Notes under the pieces: model-generated | Told to the model about the DNA's origin: nothing | Database searches by the model: none | What the model saw: the letters and a program-made list of their open reading frames with translations, nothing else | Made by a program: the position numbers and the translations under genes | Shown: piece after piece, positions 27,829 to 41,919 of the stretch | How the letters are laid out: every line of letters begins with the position of its first letter | Numbering within the stretch: position 1 is the stretch's first letter | Assembly (NCBI GenBank): GCA_951406725.2 | Contig: OX597820.1 | Coordinates: 68,758,001 to 68,822,000 of the forward strand | Direction of reading: 5' to 3' | Source: Octopus vulgaris | Taxonomy: Eukaryota | Length of the DNA: 64,000 bases

Positions 27829-28236
27829 GTATATATAGGCGTGGTATGGATGTGTGCTAAGAAGTTTGCTTCTGAACAAAAAGTTTCCGGGTTCAGTCCC
27901 ACTGCACGGCACCTTCGGCAAGTGACTTGTACTATAGCCTTCCATGTATGTCCTATATTTATATATTTATGCGTGTGTGCCTTTGTGACTGTTTTAGTTT
28001 AGCCCTCCCACACGACCATCGCTTAGAAAGTAGTGCACTGCAGTGTTTTGGGAGTAGATCATGCATAATAGTTACAAAATATAGTTGTTTCACAAGAAAG
28101 CAAAATTTCTTGTCAGAAACAACCACATAAATGGTGAAATGACATTGAAGGAAGACGTTGAAGCTTCCCCTCTGCGAGTTTATTTTATTCAAAAGCAAAG
28201 GGAGCTATTGTTTCGGAGATATAAGCTAACAACAGC

Positions 28237-29059
28237 AGATATAACTCTTATATGACGGAGAAGGTCAATTTGTCAGAAAAAGCAAAAGAAAATTACTACA
28301 TCAGATCAAAAAAACTCTTAAACAAACTGAAAATTTTGGCAGAAGATTTGATTTGGTGTTTCTAAAACAAGAAAAATTTCGACCAAGATCAAAAATTTAA
28401 CAGAAGAAATGACTGGTGGTTATCTGCAAAAGTTCCAAGTTTTATGCATGCAATATTTACTGCAACTGTCATGGTTTTAGGGGTTGTCAGCAATAAAGGA
28501 CATGTGATGCCTCCTTATTTCTTTCCATAAGGCCTCAGGTGTAACTCTGTCGCCTACATTGAGATCTTGGAAATAATTGTTAAACCCTGGATAGACAGTG
28601 TATTCGATGGAAGACCATATATGTTTTAGTAAGACTCTGCATTATCACACAACGTCCTAGAAACACTAGAATGGATGGCTGAAATTTTTCATGGTCACAC
28701 AACCCCTAATATTTGGCCTTCTACTTCTAATTCCCCAGATCTTCATCCATTGGACTATTACGCGTGGAGTGTTGTTCATAGGGAGGCCAATGAATATGCC
28801 TATAACACCAAAGATTCTATGAAAGCTGTCTTAGACTGAGTAATATCTAACATAAATTAGGATCACTTAATTCGAGCATGTAGCTGACTTAGATCTCATA
28901 GAAGCAGTTGTTGAAGCTGAAGGCGGCTTTATTGAATACTATAGAAAAGATTTATTTTAATCCTCATAGAAACGTTTTTATAAATATACTTATTATCTGT
29001 TATCATGTATCATTTCTTTTATTAACATAAAACTGTCCTCAAATATCTTACGCACCATG
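28237..29059 (+). mobile_element. Tc1/mariner superfamily DD37D (maT-type) transposon remnant with right TIR
   Basis: NFDQDQKFNRRNDWW..VMVLGVVSNKGHVMPPYFF..YIEILE.IVKPWI..GRPYMF**DSA.SH..WP..NSPDLHPLDYYAW..IEAVVEAEGGFIE. D-to-D spacing is 39, or 37 after removing a CTTCTA duplication. Ends ...CTTACGCACCATG|TA. Confidence 0.88.
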
Positions 29060-29149
29060 TATGTATGTACGCATGTATATAAATATATAATTAAGAATAT
29101 GAATATATATATATAATTAATAATATGAATATATATATATATTTAAGAG

Positions 29150-29184
<35 letters not shown>

Positions 29185-29185
29185 A

Positions 29186-29217
<32 letters not shown>

Positions 29218-29229
29218 AAATATATATGT

Positions 29230-29448
29230 GCATTATGGGTACAGGATGCCACCAAGTGTGCAAACAACATGAAATACGTAAATAAACTATATAAATACGT
29301 GAGCAACAAGAAATAAATATCGAAAACAGGACAAGTAAACACAGAGAAAGGACACTTCATCAGTTGTTGGCTGTGTATCTAGTCATTCAACGACAATATC
29401 ATCCTTCAAAGACAGTTGCTACCATAAATTCTAAAATTAAATTTAGGA
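29230..29448 (-). mobile_element. Probable Penelope-like pseudo-LTR fragment
   Basis: CUGAUGA (29357-29363, minus) followed by a T-rich TTGTCCTG segment, as in the repeats at 38030 and 60148. Confidence 0.35.
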
Positions 29449-29591
29449 CATGTGTGTATGTATGTTTGTGTGTATGTATGTATGTATGTATGTATGTATG
29501 TATATATGTATGTATATGTATATATATATGTCTTATCTTTTACCTGTTTTATCTGTTTCATTCATTAGACTAGGGCCATGCTGGGGCACCA

Positions 29592-29631
<40 letters not shown>

Positions 29632-31277
29632 GTTTGATATATATCCGTTATGTCAGGTCGTTCTTGGGCACTACTGGTAACATGTAACCGAGCACAATCT
29701 GTTGCGTGGTCGCATCGTCGGCGACTAAACTGGCAACCTCATCAAGCTTGCTTGGTGAGGAGGGTGACTGTTGAACATCCTGCAGGACGCAAAATAAGAC
29801 CTGTCAAAAGACGGAAGAGCTCATGAGCAGTCAACGGCCATCCAACAATGTGTGTACATGTGTATGTATTCATGTATGTATACACAGAGACGTGGAAATA
29901 CTTGGGCTGGTGTCCAGGCGCACGGTTGCCCCACTGGGAGTGGGTGGCCTCTCTGTTGTCATTACAGAATCTCTTAAGGAGAGGGAAACTGAGAGGAAAC
30001 CTGAGACACTGATAATGTTCGATGATGCAGACTAGTTCTTCTTTTCGTGTTTATGTTACCCATGTTTAGAGAGTGGGTTTGGATTTGTGCACATTTTTTC
30101 CTCACTATAAAAAAATCATCATGTACAGGCTTCACATGAAAAAAAGTAAGACCTATCACAGAAACGGATGGTTTCTGCCTTCGCATATGCGGGTCTTTTG
30201 ATCAAGGGATGACAATACTCGAACATGAGTTTGTAGCCGTCATATCGCTTGATACGTGATAGAGAGACAGATAAATGTATACATAAGAGCACTTACAATA
30301 TCAATGCACATCTATTACTTATCATCATCGCTTGTTTTATATACATACATATGTATATAAGCATATGTATATAAGTCGAATGTAGAGGATGTAGAAGATT
30401 CGTAGGACACAGTGGTTATCGTTAGGCCTAACTCATGGTAAAGTAAATACCACCATGAACGATATCCGAACTGAAGTAGAAAAAGTTAGCCACTGGATTT
30501 GGTTAAAATGAGATGATAAGTTGATCTAGCAAACAGGACCATCATACCAGTGAGGGGGCCGGTGCCCAATGATGTCGTCGAGAGGTAGGCCCCGAAACGG
30601 TGTACAGTCTCTTCTGATAACTCCATACACTTGCTGGCTTCCTGTATGTGCAGCTTTCGACTGATAGCCCTTGCATGTGCATGTTGTTTGCAACACACAC
30701 ACATACACACATACATACACATACACACACACATATATATATGTACTTATATATACACACTCATATGTATATATACATTCATATGTACATACATACATGC
30801 AGATACATACGCATATGGTGTATGAAAGGTTGTATATGTGTTCTTACGAAGTTATATAACCATCGCCTTAGGTTACGTCCTACAGATATACAAATGTGTA
30901 TATAGCGTTAATATGTGTGTGCGTCTGTATATACATTTAAATATACCTATATTCCTGTGTATGAATGTGGATATATGTACTGGTTAAATATACACACTCT
31001 GTGCATATATATCTGCATCTTTAACCACCAGTATTTGTTGGAGCATGTAGCTCCCTAGCTCTCTCCTATATATGTTGGAAGTTCTATATTTTTCTATATG
31101 CGTGTAAATTTCACTGCAGGCAAATGCCGAGTGATATATTTTACTTATATTTTACTCATGATAACATTTTTGCTATAGTTTTCCTTTATAGATATATCTC
31201 ATTACATTTATTACTTCATCACCTTCAGCACTACTCCTTACAAATACACACACACAAAACTCATATATATATGTATA

Positions 31278-31344
<67 letters not shown>

Positions 31345-31922
31345 ATATATATATATATACATATACATATATATATATATAGATATATATATATGGTTTT
31401 TGCTTTGTTTCCTTGTGTATTCACTCAGTAATTAGCTTGTCAAATCATGTTAGAAGTAAGAACAATGTAGAAGATTGAGGAAGATTGTACCATGTGATGC
31501 TTCAATCATAGAGTAACTAATAGCAACATATTTAGCTGTAATGTCAGTGCAGTTGTGTAAGAATATATTACATTGAGAATTAATAAATATTGTAAGAACT
31601 AATTACATGGACATAATCATAGTCTTGTACCAGAATGCAAATGTTTTACTCGCTTATAATTGTAGCCAAGATTCCCATCCATTAATATTCAGGTATGATA
31701 TAACAGACACAATATGACAAAAGAATATAGATGTGCATGTGGATGTGTGCGTAAACTAACACACACACGTATATATATATATATATGCATGTATACACAC
31801 ATACATATGTGTTTATATGTCTGTATGCTTATATATTCATATATGTGCATGTATATATATATATATACACATATATATATACATACATATGTATGCATAT
31901 ATATATACATGTATATACATAC

Positions 31923-31954
<32 letters not shown>

Positions 31955-32097
31955 GTTATTGTATATATATATATATAGATATATATATACCTATATAACA
32001 GTTCCTTTCCCACTACCTAAACCGAAAACCAACAATCATTTTTGTTCAAGAGTTGATTCTCGTGGAACAATGAACATATAATGATAGCATCTCGCGT

Positions 32098-32219
<122 letters not shown>

Positions 32220-32432
32220 GGTAATATGGAGTGATATCATTAACGATACTTAGACTCACATATATGTAAATATTTATGTGTGTGTGAGTGCATGTATAGA
32301 TAGATAAATGAATGGATAGGTACATGTATATATATATATATATATATAAAAAAATGTGTGTGTGTGTTTGTATATTTATATATATATATATATATGCACA
32401 CACTCACATATATGTATGTATGCATGCACGTA

Positions 32433-32472
<40 letters not shown>

Positions 32473-33369
32473 TAACGCGAGATAGAGAGAAAAAGGTGGC
32501 GACTATACTACATAAAAATGCCAGTGTATTGCAGGACTTTGAGGAAATATGAATTTTTTTTCTGGTATATATACATATATATATATATACATATACATAC
32601 ACATATATATATATGTGTGTGTATGTGTGTGTGTGAGTGCGTGAGTATGTATGTATATACGAAGATAATTACTATGTGCGCATTTAAGCAAGAGGAAACA
32701 ACACGTCATAATGCTAATTTATTTTCTACACGTTCAGTGCAGCATTATCTAATAATATCTGTTTCCTAATTAAGTAATTATGCATAATTTTGAACATCTT
32801 ACCTTCTGGGGACAATAATGTTCACATTTATCAAGATGGTAACATTGTTAATGTGCATTTCATATATATGCGCGTTGTATGTATTCCCCGGTGAAAGTTC
32901 ATTTGCGATTATTGATTAAAACGAAAATCAAACTTTGGTATAAAATCCAAAGTAAATATATGTTGTATTTCGTTATTGTATTTCTTGTTTGTTTGTACGT
33001 TAGTTTGGGAGTTTCGCTTCTTTTATTTAATTTTTTTCTTTTTTCCTTTTTTTCCCCTATTGCTGATGGTGTAGTTTCAATGGAATTTGTTGTCATTTTA
33101 TTCTTTTTCTTTTGATCAATTTTTACAATGAATCCTAATTAAAGGGAAAATATAATTCTATTTAGAAACTATTCATATTAACCTATTAAGTTTCACCGTT
33201 TGTACTCAAACTAAGAAGTCCGGAAGGATTCAAAACATGAGAAATTTATTGTAAGAAAAAAAAAAAGAAAACAAGAATGAATAACAACCAAACTCCTCCT
33301 TCTCCGCCTCCTCTTCCACCTCCTTCTACTACTACTACTACTAGCTCCTATCAGGAATTTTAATACTAA

Positions 33370-35035
33370 TAATGGTTTCAAATTTTGGTACAGGGCCGGC
33401 AGCTTCGGTGAAGGAGGTAAATCGATTACATCGACCACAGAAGAGTAAAAGGCAAAGACGACGTCGGCGGGATTTGAACCCAGAACATAAAGACGAACGA
33501 AATGTCGCTAAGCAATTTGTTCGGCGTCCTCAACGACTCTGCCACTTACTCGCATTAATATTAGTAATATTAATTATGAATGTTTCTGGTTTAGGCAGGA
33601 GGACAACAAGTCGAATTCATTTGAGTAGTACTTTATTTATCGACCCCCCAAAACCAAAGATGAAAACAAACTTGACATCGAATAATTTACTGTGGCTACT
33701 ACCAGAATAACGTTGACCAATAATTTATTTTATCATCCCCGAACGATAAGTCGATGTCGTCGAAATTTGATTTCAGAACGTAATTAATAGGAAGAAATAC
33801 CGCTAAACCTTTCGTCTGACGTGCTAACGAATCTGCCAGCTCACCGCCCTTTTTTGACGTAATAATCTTTACAATTATAGGCAGAGGGCCTGAAAATTGT
33901 GGTGAGTGGTTGTTGTCTACGTTGACCTCAGCGGTACTTATTTTATCAACGGCGGAATAATATAAGTCAAACTTGACCTCGAGTGATTGATTTCGATGTA
34001 ATTATAAATATTGTTTCTGATTTAGGCAGTTTTGAGATGGTAGAGCAGTTTGATACAATAGGCCTCAGTAATTGTTTGGTGTTTACTTTTATCAACTCCG
34101 GAAAGTTAAAGACAAAGTTAAATTCATTGGGATGAGGATGAGGATGATGGCCTCTCCAATCGAGGAAGATGTATGCGTTTTGAGCTTTTGGTGAACAACC
34201 AGTAAAAACTATCTGTATATATTGATGTGCCGTACATTAGCTCACGCCCTCCATCAAATCGATGTTGCCTGTACAGGTACAGGCATCAGATGTCAAAGTG
34301 ATCGTAGAGCAAGGTGAGATGAAGTGTTTTGCTCATGAACACAACTCACCACTTGGTAGGAATTGAAACTACGATCTCCTGATCGTGGGTGAAACAACCT
34401 AACCACTAGGCCATAATGTTAATTTCTAGATTTGGCACACCACAAAGTATTGAATGGGGTTGCACGTAAGTTTAGACCGTTTGGTCAAAAACAGAAGTTA
34501 CTGAATGATGAATAAATATGAGATCAGGATATATAAACAGATATAAATATTTAGTTCAATAATTAACACATACTATGTGAAAGTCACGAAAGAAAATTGC
34601 CTCCAAATAAAAACTACCTCAATATGTAATATTTCATATTATTATAATTTTTCAGTTGCTAATCGCATCTTTGGAGAAGGAAAATGTTTTATAATTTACA
34701 TCTACAAAACGTTTCAATCACTTCTATATATATCCGATCAATATCAGACCTCTTTTTTCTGGACATGTATATAATGTATATAATATTGTGTTGTAATCCT
34801 ACTAGTATAAATGTCTTTCTTGAGAACTAGCTCTCGTAAGGCCTTACCTAGTTTCCATGGCATATATGTAATTGAGATTACAGCATTTTTCCAGAATTGG
34901 AGGCCGGTTCATCGCAGGCTCACTCGTCGAAGCAACATGTAATGAAATGTTTAACTCAAGAACACAACCACCTCGTCCATGAATTGAAATTATGATCATA
35001 ACATCATGAATACAACACTCTTAACCGCTACGCCA
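33370..35035 (-). mobile_element. Cluster of decayed SINE fragments (family B-like 33370-34130; other tRNA-SINEs 34200-34415 and 34820-35035)
   Basis: Reverse-strand B-boxes (GGATTTGAAC, GAATTGAAAC), CTAACCACTAGGCCA (A box reversed), TTTTATC..CCCCGAA motifs. Confidence 0.65.
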
Positions 35036-35258
35036 CTTTATTTCACTGAAATGGTCTCATTTAGCAACCACTGACGCATGAACATGCTACATTTATGCAG
35101 ACATAGAAATATTAAAAACCTATTGATGATCGTAGATGAACAAAAAGATACCTGGTGTTTGGTAAATATCAGTCCTTTCACTAAATTTTTCTAACTTTTT
35201 GTATATCCATATGTATATACAGGTGAATATGTAATATACATATGAGAATATATGCATA

Positions 35259-35309
<51 letters not shown>

Positions 35310-35479
35310 ATGTGTGTGTGTGTGAGTATATTTACACACGCACACACACACATATATGCTATGGGCTTCTTTCAGATTACGTCTACCATATTCACTCACA
35401 AGGGTTTGGTCTGCCACCCATTTCCAATATCTGGAACGACATGAAGTTAAAAGAATATTTGTTAAAAATTTGTTTTCGC

Positions 35480-35715
35480 GCTCCTGACGTCTTCCTGGAT
35501 TCGATGCTTGTAATCTCGAAATAGAAACAAGAAGAAAGAGTGAAAGAAAGTTGTGGTGAAGGAGTACAGCAGGGTTCGCTACCACCACTTGCTGGACCCT
35601 CGTGAAGCTTTAGGCGTTTTCGCTCAATAAACATTCACAACGCCCGGTCTGGAAATCGAAACCGCGTTCCTACGACCGCGAGTCTGCTGCCCTAACTACT
35701 GGGCCATTGCGCCTC
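35480..35715 (-). mobile_element. SINE family C variant (tRNA-Arg-like head)
   Basis: Minus: GAGGCGCAATGGCCCAGTAGTTAGGGCAGCAGACTCGCGGTCG...GGTTTCGATTTCCAGACCGGGCG. Confidence 0.8.
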
Positions 35716-35754
35716 GACAAGTTTAACATGTATAGGTAAAATATTCAAATAAAT

Positions 35755-36005
35755 AAATTAGGGTACCGGAATACCGCTTGCTAGAAATAGGAGTGTTAAC
35801 TTTTATTTCTAGCATGTGGTTAGCTGGCAAAATTGAGCAGTAACTGTATTTCAAAGGGCCAGGCATGTTATATTCTGTGTCATGCTGAATCTCCCTGAGA
35901 ACTAAGTTAAGGGTACATGAGCCTGTGGAATGCTCAGCCACATACATGTTAATTTTACGACCAGGTTTTCCATCGATTAGATCAACTGGAACCCTCGGAG
36001 TGCCA
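35755..36005 (+). mobile_element. SINE family D 3' portion
   Basis: CTGAATCTCCCTGAGAACTA-GTTAAGGGTAC...TGCTCAGCCAC..GTTAATTT; a short reverse copy lies at 46040-46090. Confidence 0.55.
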
Positions 36006-36025
36006 ATTATATATATATATATGCC

Positions 36026-36108
<83 letters not shown>

Positions 36109-36709
36109 CAAGTTATCAAGTTAGCGTATAAACGTTATATTAAACTAAATCACTTTTGTAGAATTATAGCTAAGTGTTAAATAAAAGTAAACCCTAATAT
36201 ATTTACGTAAATTATTTGATAGCTATTTTCATTATCCAATTTAGTAAACTACAGGATGTCTCGTGGACATAAAAAAAAAATTTAACAATTTAATGTCAAA
36301 CTTTTCTACGAAAAATAATTTCTGAGTTCTTGTCTTGTAGCACATACGTTTAACGTATCACAACATTGTATGAAATATTACATTACGATAAACATTCCCG
36401 ATAATATTGTAAAACGTGAAAATATGCTGTAATAGTTTCTCAGTCATGTTCTGATATGATTATAGCTCTACACGCATTCTCACCGCTTTAAGATTTTCTC
36501 ATCTGCATAATGTTTATAAACGCAAGTGCAAGTATTAATACAAGAGCTTATATATATATTTATATATATGTATGTATATATATATATACACATGTATACT
36601 TTTACATGTGTACATACACGTATACTTCTGTATACAACTACATACAAATATATATGTATATGTATGTGTGTAAAATATATATATGTATGTACACACACAC
36701 ACACACACA

Positions 36710-36779
<70 letters not shown>

Positions 36780-37604
36780 AATATATATATAAATATATAT
36801 ATATATATGTATGTATATATCCCTTTACTTGTTTCAGTCATTTTCACTGTGGCCATGCAAGAGCGCCGCTTATATATATATATATATATATACACATACA
36901 TCTAGGAAGATGTTACAATGTTACATACATGTAGATCTAAAAATGATTTACATAGATAATTCTGATTTCACTTTTGATGGAACTAGTCTACAATATAGTG
37001 AGCAAGGCCCCTGGTCATATAAATAAATTCTGTTTACCGTATGTTTTTAAATTCTCACTTTGTGATCTTCAATGTATATATAATATATATATCTTTCGTA
37101 GAAATTATTTCTTTCAACTTCTCTTAGGGATAGTAGATGCAATATTTTCTTTGCACGCAACACCTATTGTCCCCTACCCAGACACAAACATATTATTTAA
37201 AGCGGCCATGCTTTCGAGCTTTGTCTCGAGAAGTGACAAAACTCGTTGCAGCAGTTTTCCAAGAGTATTCTGCATGCAGTACTGACACCATGGACATTAT
37301 CAGCCCCCATTCTTAGACGAAATCTATCACAACCGATGTATAAGTAAAATCTCAGTACACAATCGCCGGTGTGGCAAGGAGATACGCTCCCAGAGTATGA
37401 TACGTACATGAATATTTTAATCTATTATTGCCTATGTTACATGTAACAGATTGTCATTCAGTTGGGCGCCAACTCACAACACCAGTAAATTTTATTCAGT
37501 GTTTTTTTTTTATATATACCGGTGTTGACGGATTCCCTCTAAACATGCTGGATAAGACTAAGTTTATGATATCGTCTAACAAGGCAGTTATGCATCTAAC
37601 GATA

Positions 37605-37876
37605 CCGTACCAAGTCTGAGACCGTACCAAGTGGCGGTCGTCCATCACCATGGGAACCAAAACTTTCAAGCCATCAGAAAAGAAAAGGAAGAAATCAAAC
37701 GACAGGAGAGAAAGGCCAGACGAAGCAACCTCGTCTTCCTCCAACATTACCATGTATTGACATCGTCTTTTCAACGCAAGAATTAGTCTACGGCGTCATC
37801 AACGGCATAAAAATAAAAGAAGCGTTCGGCAAAGAAGAAAATAAATTCTCGGATAAGAGGTAAAGCCGACGACGAA
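37605..37876 (+). mobile_element. RTE-clade LINE 3' end
   Basis: DRTKWRSSITMGTKTF...RLFNARISLRRHQRH (RTE C-terminal DR..WR / R.F.ARIGL.SH.R.H pattern), short 3' UTR and (GAC)n tail. Confidence 0.7.
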
Positions 37877-38029
37877 TATATTTCTTTTTTAAACATAGCA
37901 TGCTAATAGGAGAACCTATTATCTCCATACAAATACGGCTGAAGATTTATCGATATGTTTATTTTCAGTACGATTTATAAATGGATATATATGTATGTAT
38001 GCGTGCGTTTACATATATATAGAGAGAGA

Positions 38030-38548
38030 AAGTATAACCAGCTTAAATTGCAAAGATAATCTGGAACTCGACTGAGGAAAGAAAACTCCGAATGACCCGT
38101 TCTTGTTTTTTTTTTCTTGTCCCTTTTTTGTATCATCTTTCACTTCAAACTGTCCATTTTCTTTTTTTCACGTCCCTCTCTATTCTTCTATCCCTCCGCC
38201 TCTACCTCTCTCCTCTCCACGTGACCGGTGTACGGCCAAGCCTGACCTTTTTTCTTGGTTCAACTACCATCTGTGAAACATCTATATTCCTCCCCATTCC
38301 TGTCATCTCTTATGCCCATCTCGTAAGGCTTCACTTTCACACGCGCCAACTTAATTTAATTCGTCTTTAGTCGAAAGAGACCTGTTGTTAATATCCTGTT
38401 ATTTGCATTTGTATTTGTGTACCATTTCTCCGTTTTTTTCCCAACCTTGTTTTCGTATATATTCGCTGCTTTCTTCCAAGGAATCTAGTGCTCTTAGCTT
38501 AGTTTTTCCTTGGAGCTCGCCAGATTGGAGCGACCTCGAGTATAACTA
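38030..38548 (+). mobile_element. Probable Penelope-like pseudo-LTR unit with terminal redundancy
   Basis: Starts AAGTATAACCAG and ends GAGTATAACTAG; contains CTGAGGA at 38072-38078 and a pyrimidine-rich body like 60148-61357. Confidence 0.4.
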
Positions 38549-38748
38549 GTGAGCTACAAGATGCAGGAGGAAGGAGTGAGAGAAATTTGTGGCCAAAGAG
38601 TCAGAAGAAGTTCGCCATTGCCTTCTGCCGGAGCCGCGTGGAGCTTAGGTGTTTCGCTCATAAATACACACATCGCCCGGTCTGAGATTCGAACCCGCGA
38701 TCCCTCGTCCGCGAATCCGCTGCTCTAACCACTAGGCCATGTGCCTCC
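38549..38748 (-). mobile_element. SINE family C 5' half (tRNA-Arg-derived head)
   Basis: GGAGGCACATGGCCTAGTGGTTAGAGCAGCGGATTCGCGG...GGGTTCGAATCTC: canonical A and B boxes, TCG at the anticodon position, no acceptor stem. Confidence 0.88.
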
Positions 38749-39940
38749 ATGACATGTAGGTTAGTAAAATCGTGTGTTCTGGGACGTCTTACACATGACT
38801 TCATGTGATTACTAATCTCATAGCGATTATCAGAGTAGGATTCAAACTCTGTTATCTCGTCTGATAACAGATACAGTACTTGTAGCGAACACTCCGTAAC
38901 CGACAGCGTGATACGTGTAAGATCATGCGAATTTCCTCTATATCGTGTATCAGAAATAGAGAAACTAAATATGATTATAAGTAAATAACCATTCAAACAG
39001 TTCAAAAGTGTACATGTGTAAATATCAACCCATACCTTTCAAGCATTATGCGTTTATAGTTCTGAAAATGCTTTACTGCTATGAACAGTCATATTTTAGA
39101 AGAGTGTGGCTATATCCCATAGTAGTCGAAAGATAGCCATAATCATATCCGGTTTTTAAGATATGCATACACAAGTCAAATAGGCAATGCATATAAACAC
39201 AAAATCAGATGCACACATACACATGCACACACACAAAGCACACATACATTCACACAAGTACACACAAATGTTTGGGTTTAAAAACGAAATATTCTCAACG
39301 TATTTGTAAAGTTTCTTTATTAGAAAAAACGCTTTCCATATATGTGTGTATGAGTGTATGTTTTGTTGCATGTGTGTATGTCTCGAGAATTATTTATATT
39401 CATTCCGTACATATTTTTTATGACATAAGTGCGAATAGGTTTAATATTTCTCATAGATACTATTTTTACAATGCTTCATAATCATATAACTAGAATTCAT
39501 AAATATATATTTTTTATATTTGGTATTTTATGCTAATTAAACTCATAACTTGAACTTTTTAATAATACAAAAATCAAAAGAGCAATTCTGGTGGGGTTTT
39601 TTTCTAGTGGTTTCCAAGGGTAAAATTTCTCCAGTTCAATTATGACCGTCATTAAAAGAAAAAAACATGACCCATCTACAGGGTCTTATTTATTTTGTAT
39701 CTTAATACAAACCAGTCAGAATGTACCCAGCGATCTAACTATGTTTCAATTCATACCGATTTAAAAATTTGTAAACTTTGGTAATTTTTATGTTTTTAAA
39801 TGTTTGGAAAATCTTTTCCAGTGCATGGCTTAGTATAATGCATACATACATATAGACAGACATAGATAATTACATACATACAAACACACACACATATATA
39901 TGTCTATATATGTCTGTGTACCTCTCTCTCTCTCTCTCTC

Positions 39941-39980
<40 letters not shown>

Positions 39981-40644
39981 GTTTTCACTAATGTTAAATA
40001 TATAACTTGTGTTATTTATACAGGAGTATTTATGATTATTTACAATATTGTTTCGTCCCGAAATCTTGTATAGAGATTATTTATTTTTTTAGTTTTTGAC
40101 TCCATTACCATTTAAGTATTTATTTAATTTGGAAAGTTTCAGTTGCTACTTCAAGGTTTCAAGGATATTGCTGGAAGATTACATGTTTACCAATTACGTT
40201 TTTTTTCTTTTACCTGGATTCGAAAACAGTCTAGTTCTGAAAATTTAGTAAATGCCATTTATGTACTAACAGAAACTCTTAGTTCCAGATCAACTCTTGC
40301 CAATGGAGATTCCTCATTAATTTTACTATAACACACAATTAGTATTCGCAGTAGTTTCCTTAACTTTTAAGAGAATGATAACCAGTAAAAAATATCTTAA
40401 TTTTCTACATTATCTTATTTCATATTTAATAATGTTTTTCCTAAGGATAAAGAAATGTATGCAGAAATGTTCAAGGAATTTGTAGTAAGAAAATATGATT
40501 GCATCAATATTACTTGTGATTGAATTTATTTTAATAGCAAATAATTTTACGAAATTTGTTTGGTACATTAAAATTTTATGTTACGTTTAACAGAAATTTC
40601 TTTACAAACCGAAGTATTTTTCGTTCTTAGATGATAGTAAATAC

Positions 40645-40720
<76 letters not shown>

Positions 40721-41032
40721 TACATATATATATATATATATACATGTGCGTGTGCAATAGTGTATATGCGTGTTTTATGCGTTTATATACATATATATGT
40801 GTGTCACTGTGAGAGAGAGCGTGCGTGTGTCTAATTGTATGTGTATGTGTGTATGTACATACACACACATATATATATATATATATGATATAATACAGTA
40901 GAATGTATATACATATACGTACATGCATATATATATACATATATATGAGTATATATATATATACATACATATATATGAGTATATATATATATATATATGC
41001 ATATATATACATATATATATACATATATATAT

Positions 41033-41090
<58 letters not shown>

Positions 41091-41154
41091 GCAGATAAAT
41101 GTAAACATACTTTATTCGAATACTACTGGGAGCGTATAATGATGTTTTATTGGA

Positions 41155-41212
41155 AGTTAAAGATTTCACAAACTGTTACATGGAGTTCCAGGTGAGCGAT
41201 CATCAGACAACT
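41155..41212 (-). ncRNA. Hammerhead-like motif in the PLE 3' end (degenerate stems)
   Basis: Minus: AGUUG-U-CUGAUGA-UCGC...GU-GAAA-UCUU-UAACU. Core boxes intact and stem I AGUUG/UAACU present; stems II and III are weak. Confidence 0.45.
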
Positions 41213-41919
41213 GTAGAATGATGCAATACCCACTTACCAAGTATACAATAGAAACTAACATTTTTCAAAATAGTGGGAATTTCTTGAATGAAAGCTATTG
41301 ACCGTAGAGGAAAAATATAAAAATACTGAGGCGAATCGCATAAATTAAAAATTGGATAGTGTAAGGCATCTGTACTCGTAGAAACGTGTGTAAAGATAAA
41401 CAAAATGTGAAGAAGAAGAAGCAGAGAGTTCGGGGAAAGTACGTGTGTCATTAAATGACCGAAAATAAGTGACTTGAAGTTGAAGAGAGATAGAGAATCC
41501 AGCAGGTGGGATTAGTACTGCGCAGGAGGGTGCTCAAAGGCCATTTTTTGTGTGTGATATCATCTGTGTGCTTGTGTGTTAATGTTTATGCAAGTGATGT
41601 GTGTGGGGTCCAGAGGTGACTTGATGTTTGTGTGAGTTCGTTGGAGTCGCTGAGTTTGTATATATGTGTTCGTGTGCGTGTGGGTATGAGTGTGTGTAAG
41701 TCAGTGTGTACTTATATGTTTGAGTATGTGTTTGTATATATGTATTTAATAATAGTATATATACATATATATGTGTGTGTGGACGGGTAGATGTGTACAT
41801 AGTGTGTGTGAGGAGGTGTAAGTTATGTATATGGGTGTGTGGAAATGTGTGGAATATAGATTAGAAAAATACAGTAAAAAAATTAAAAGGAATGAGAGAG
41901 AAAAGAAAGTTGGAAGTTC

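Noticed and set aside
29660-29770. Possible HDV-like ribozyme at a LINE-like 5' region (GCACTAC/GTGGTCGC pairing, CTAA-ACTGG)
   Set aside because: I could not build a consistent nested double pseudoknot; L3 and P1.1 are missing.
32800-32870. Strong minus-strand donor AAG|GTAAGA; also a 23-nt AG..GT micro-exon candidate near 40215-40237
   Set aside because: Isolated splice-like signals with no recognisable peptide or partner exons.
38675-38748. tRNA-Arg gene
   Set aside because: No acceptor stem, and it continues into a SINE body shared with other copies.
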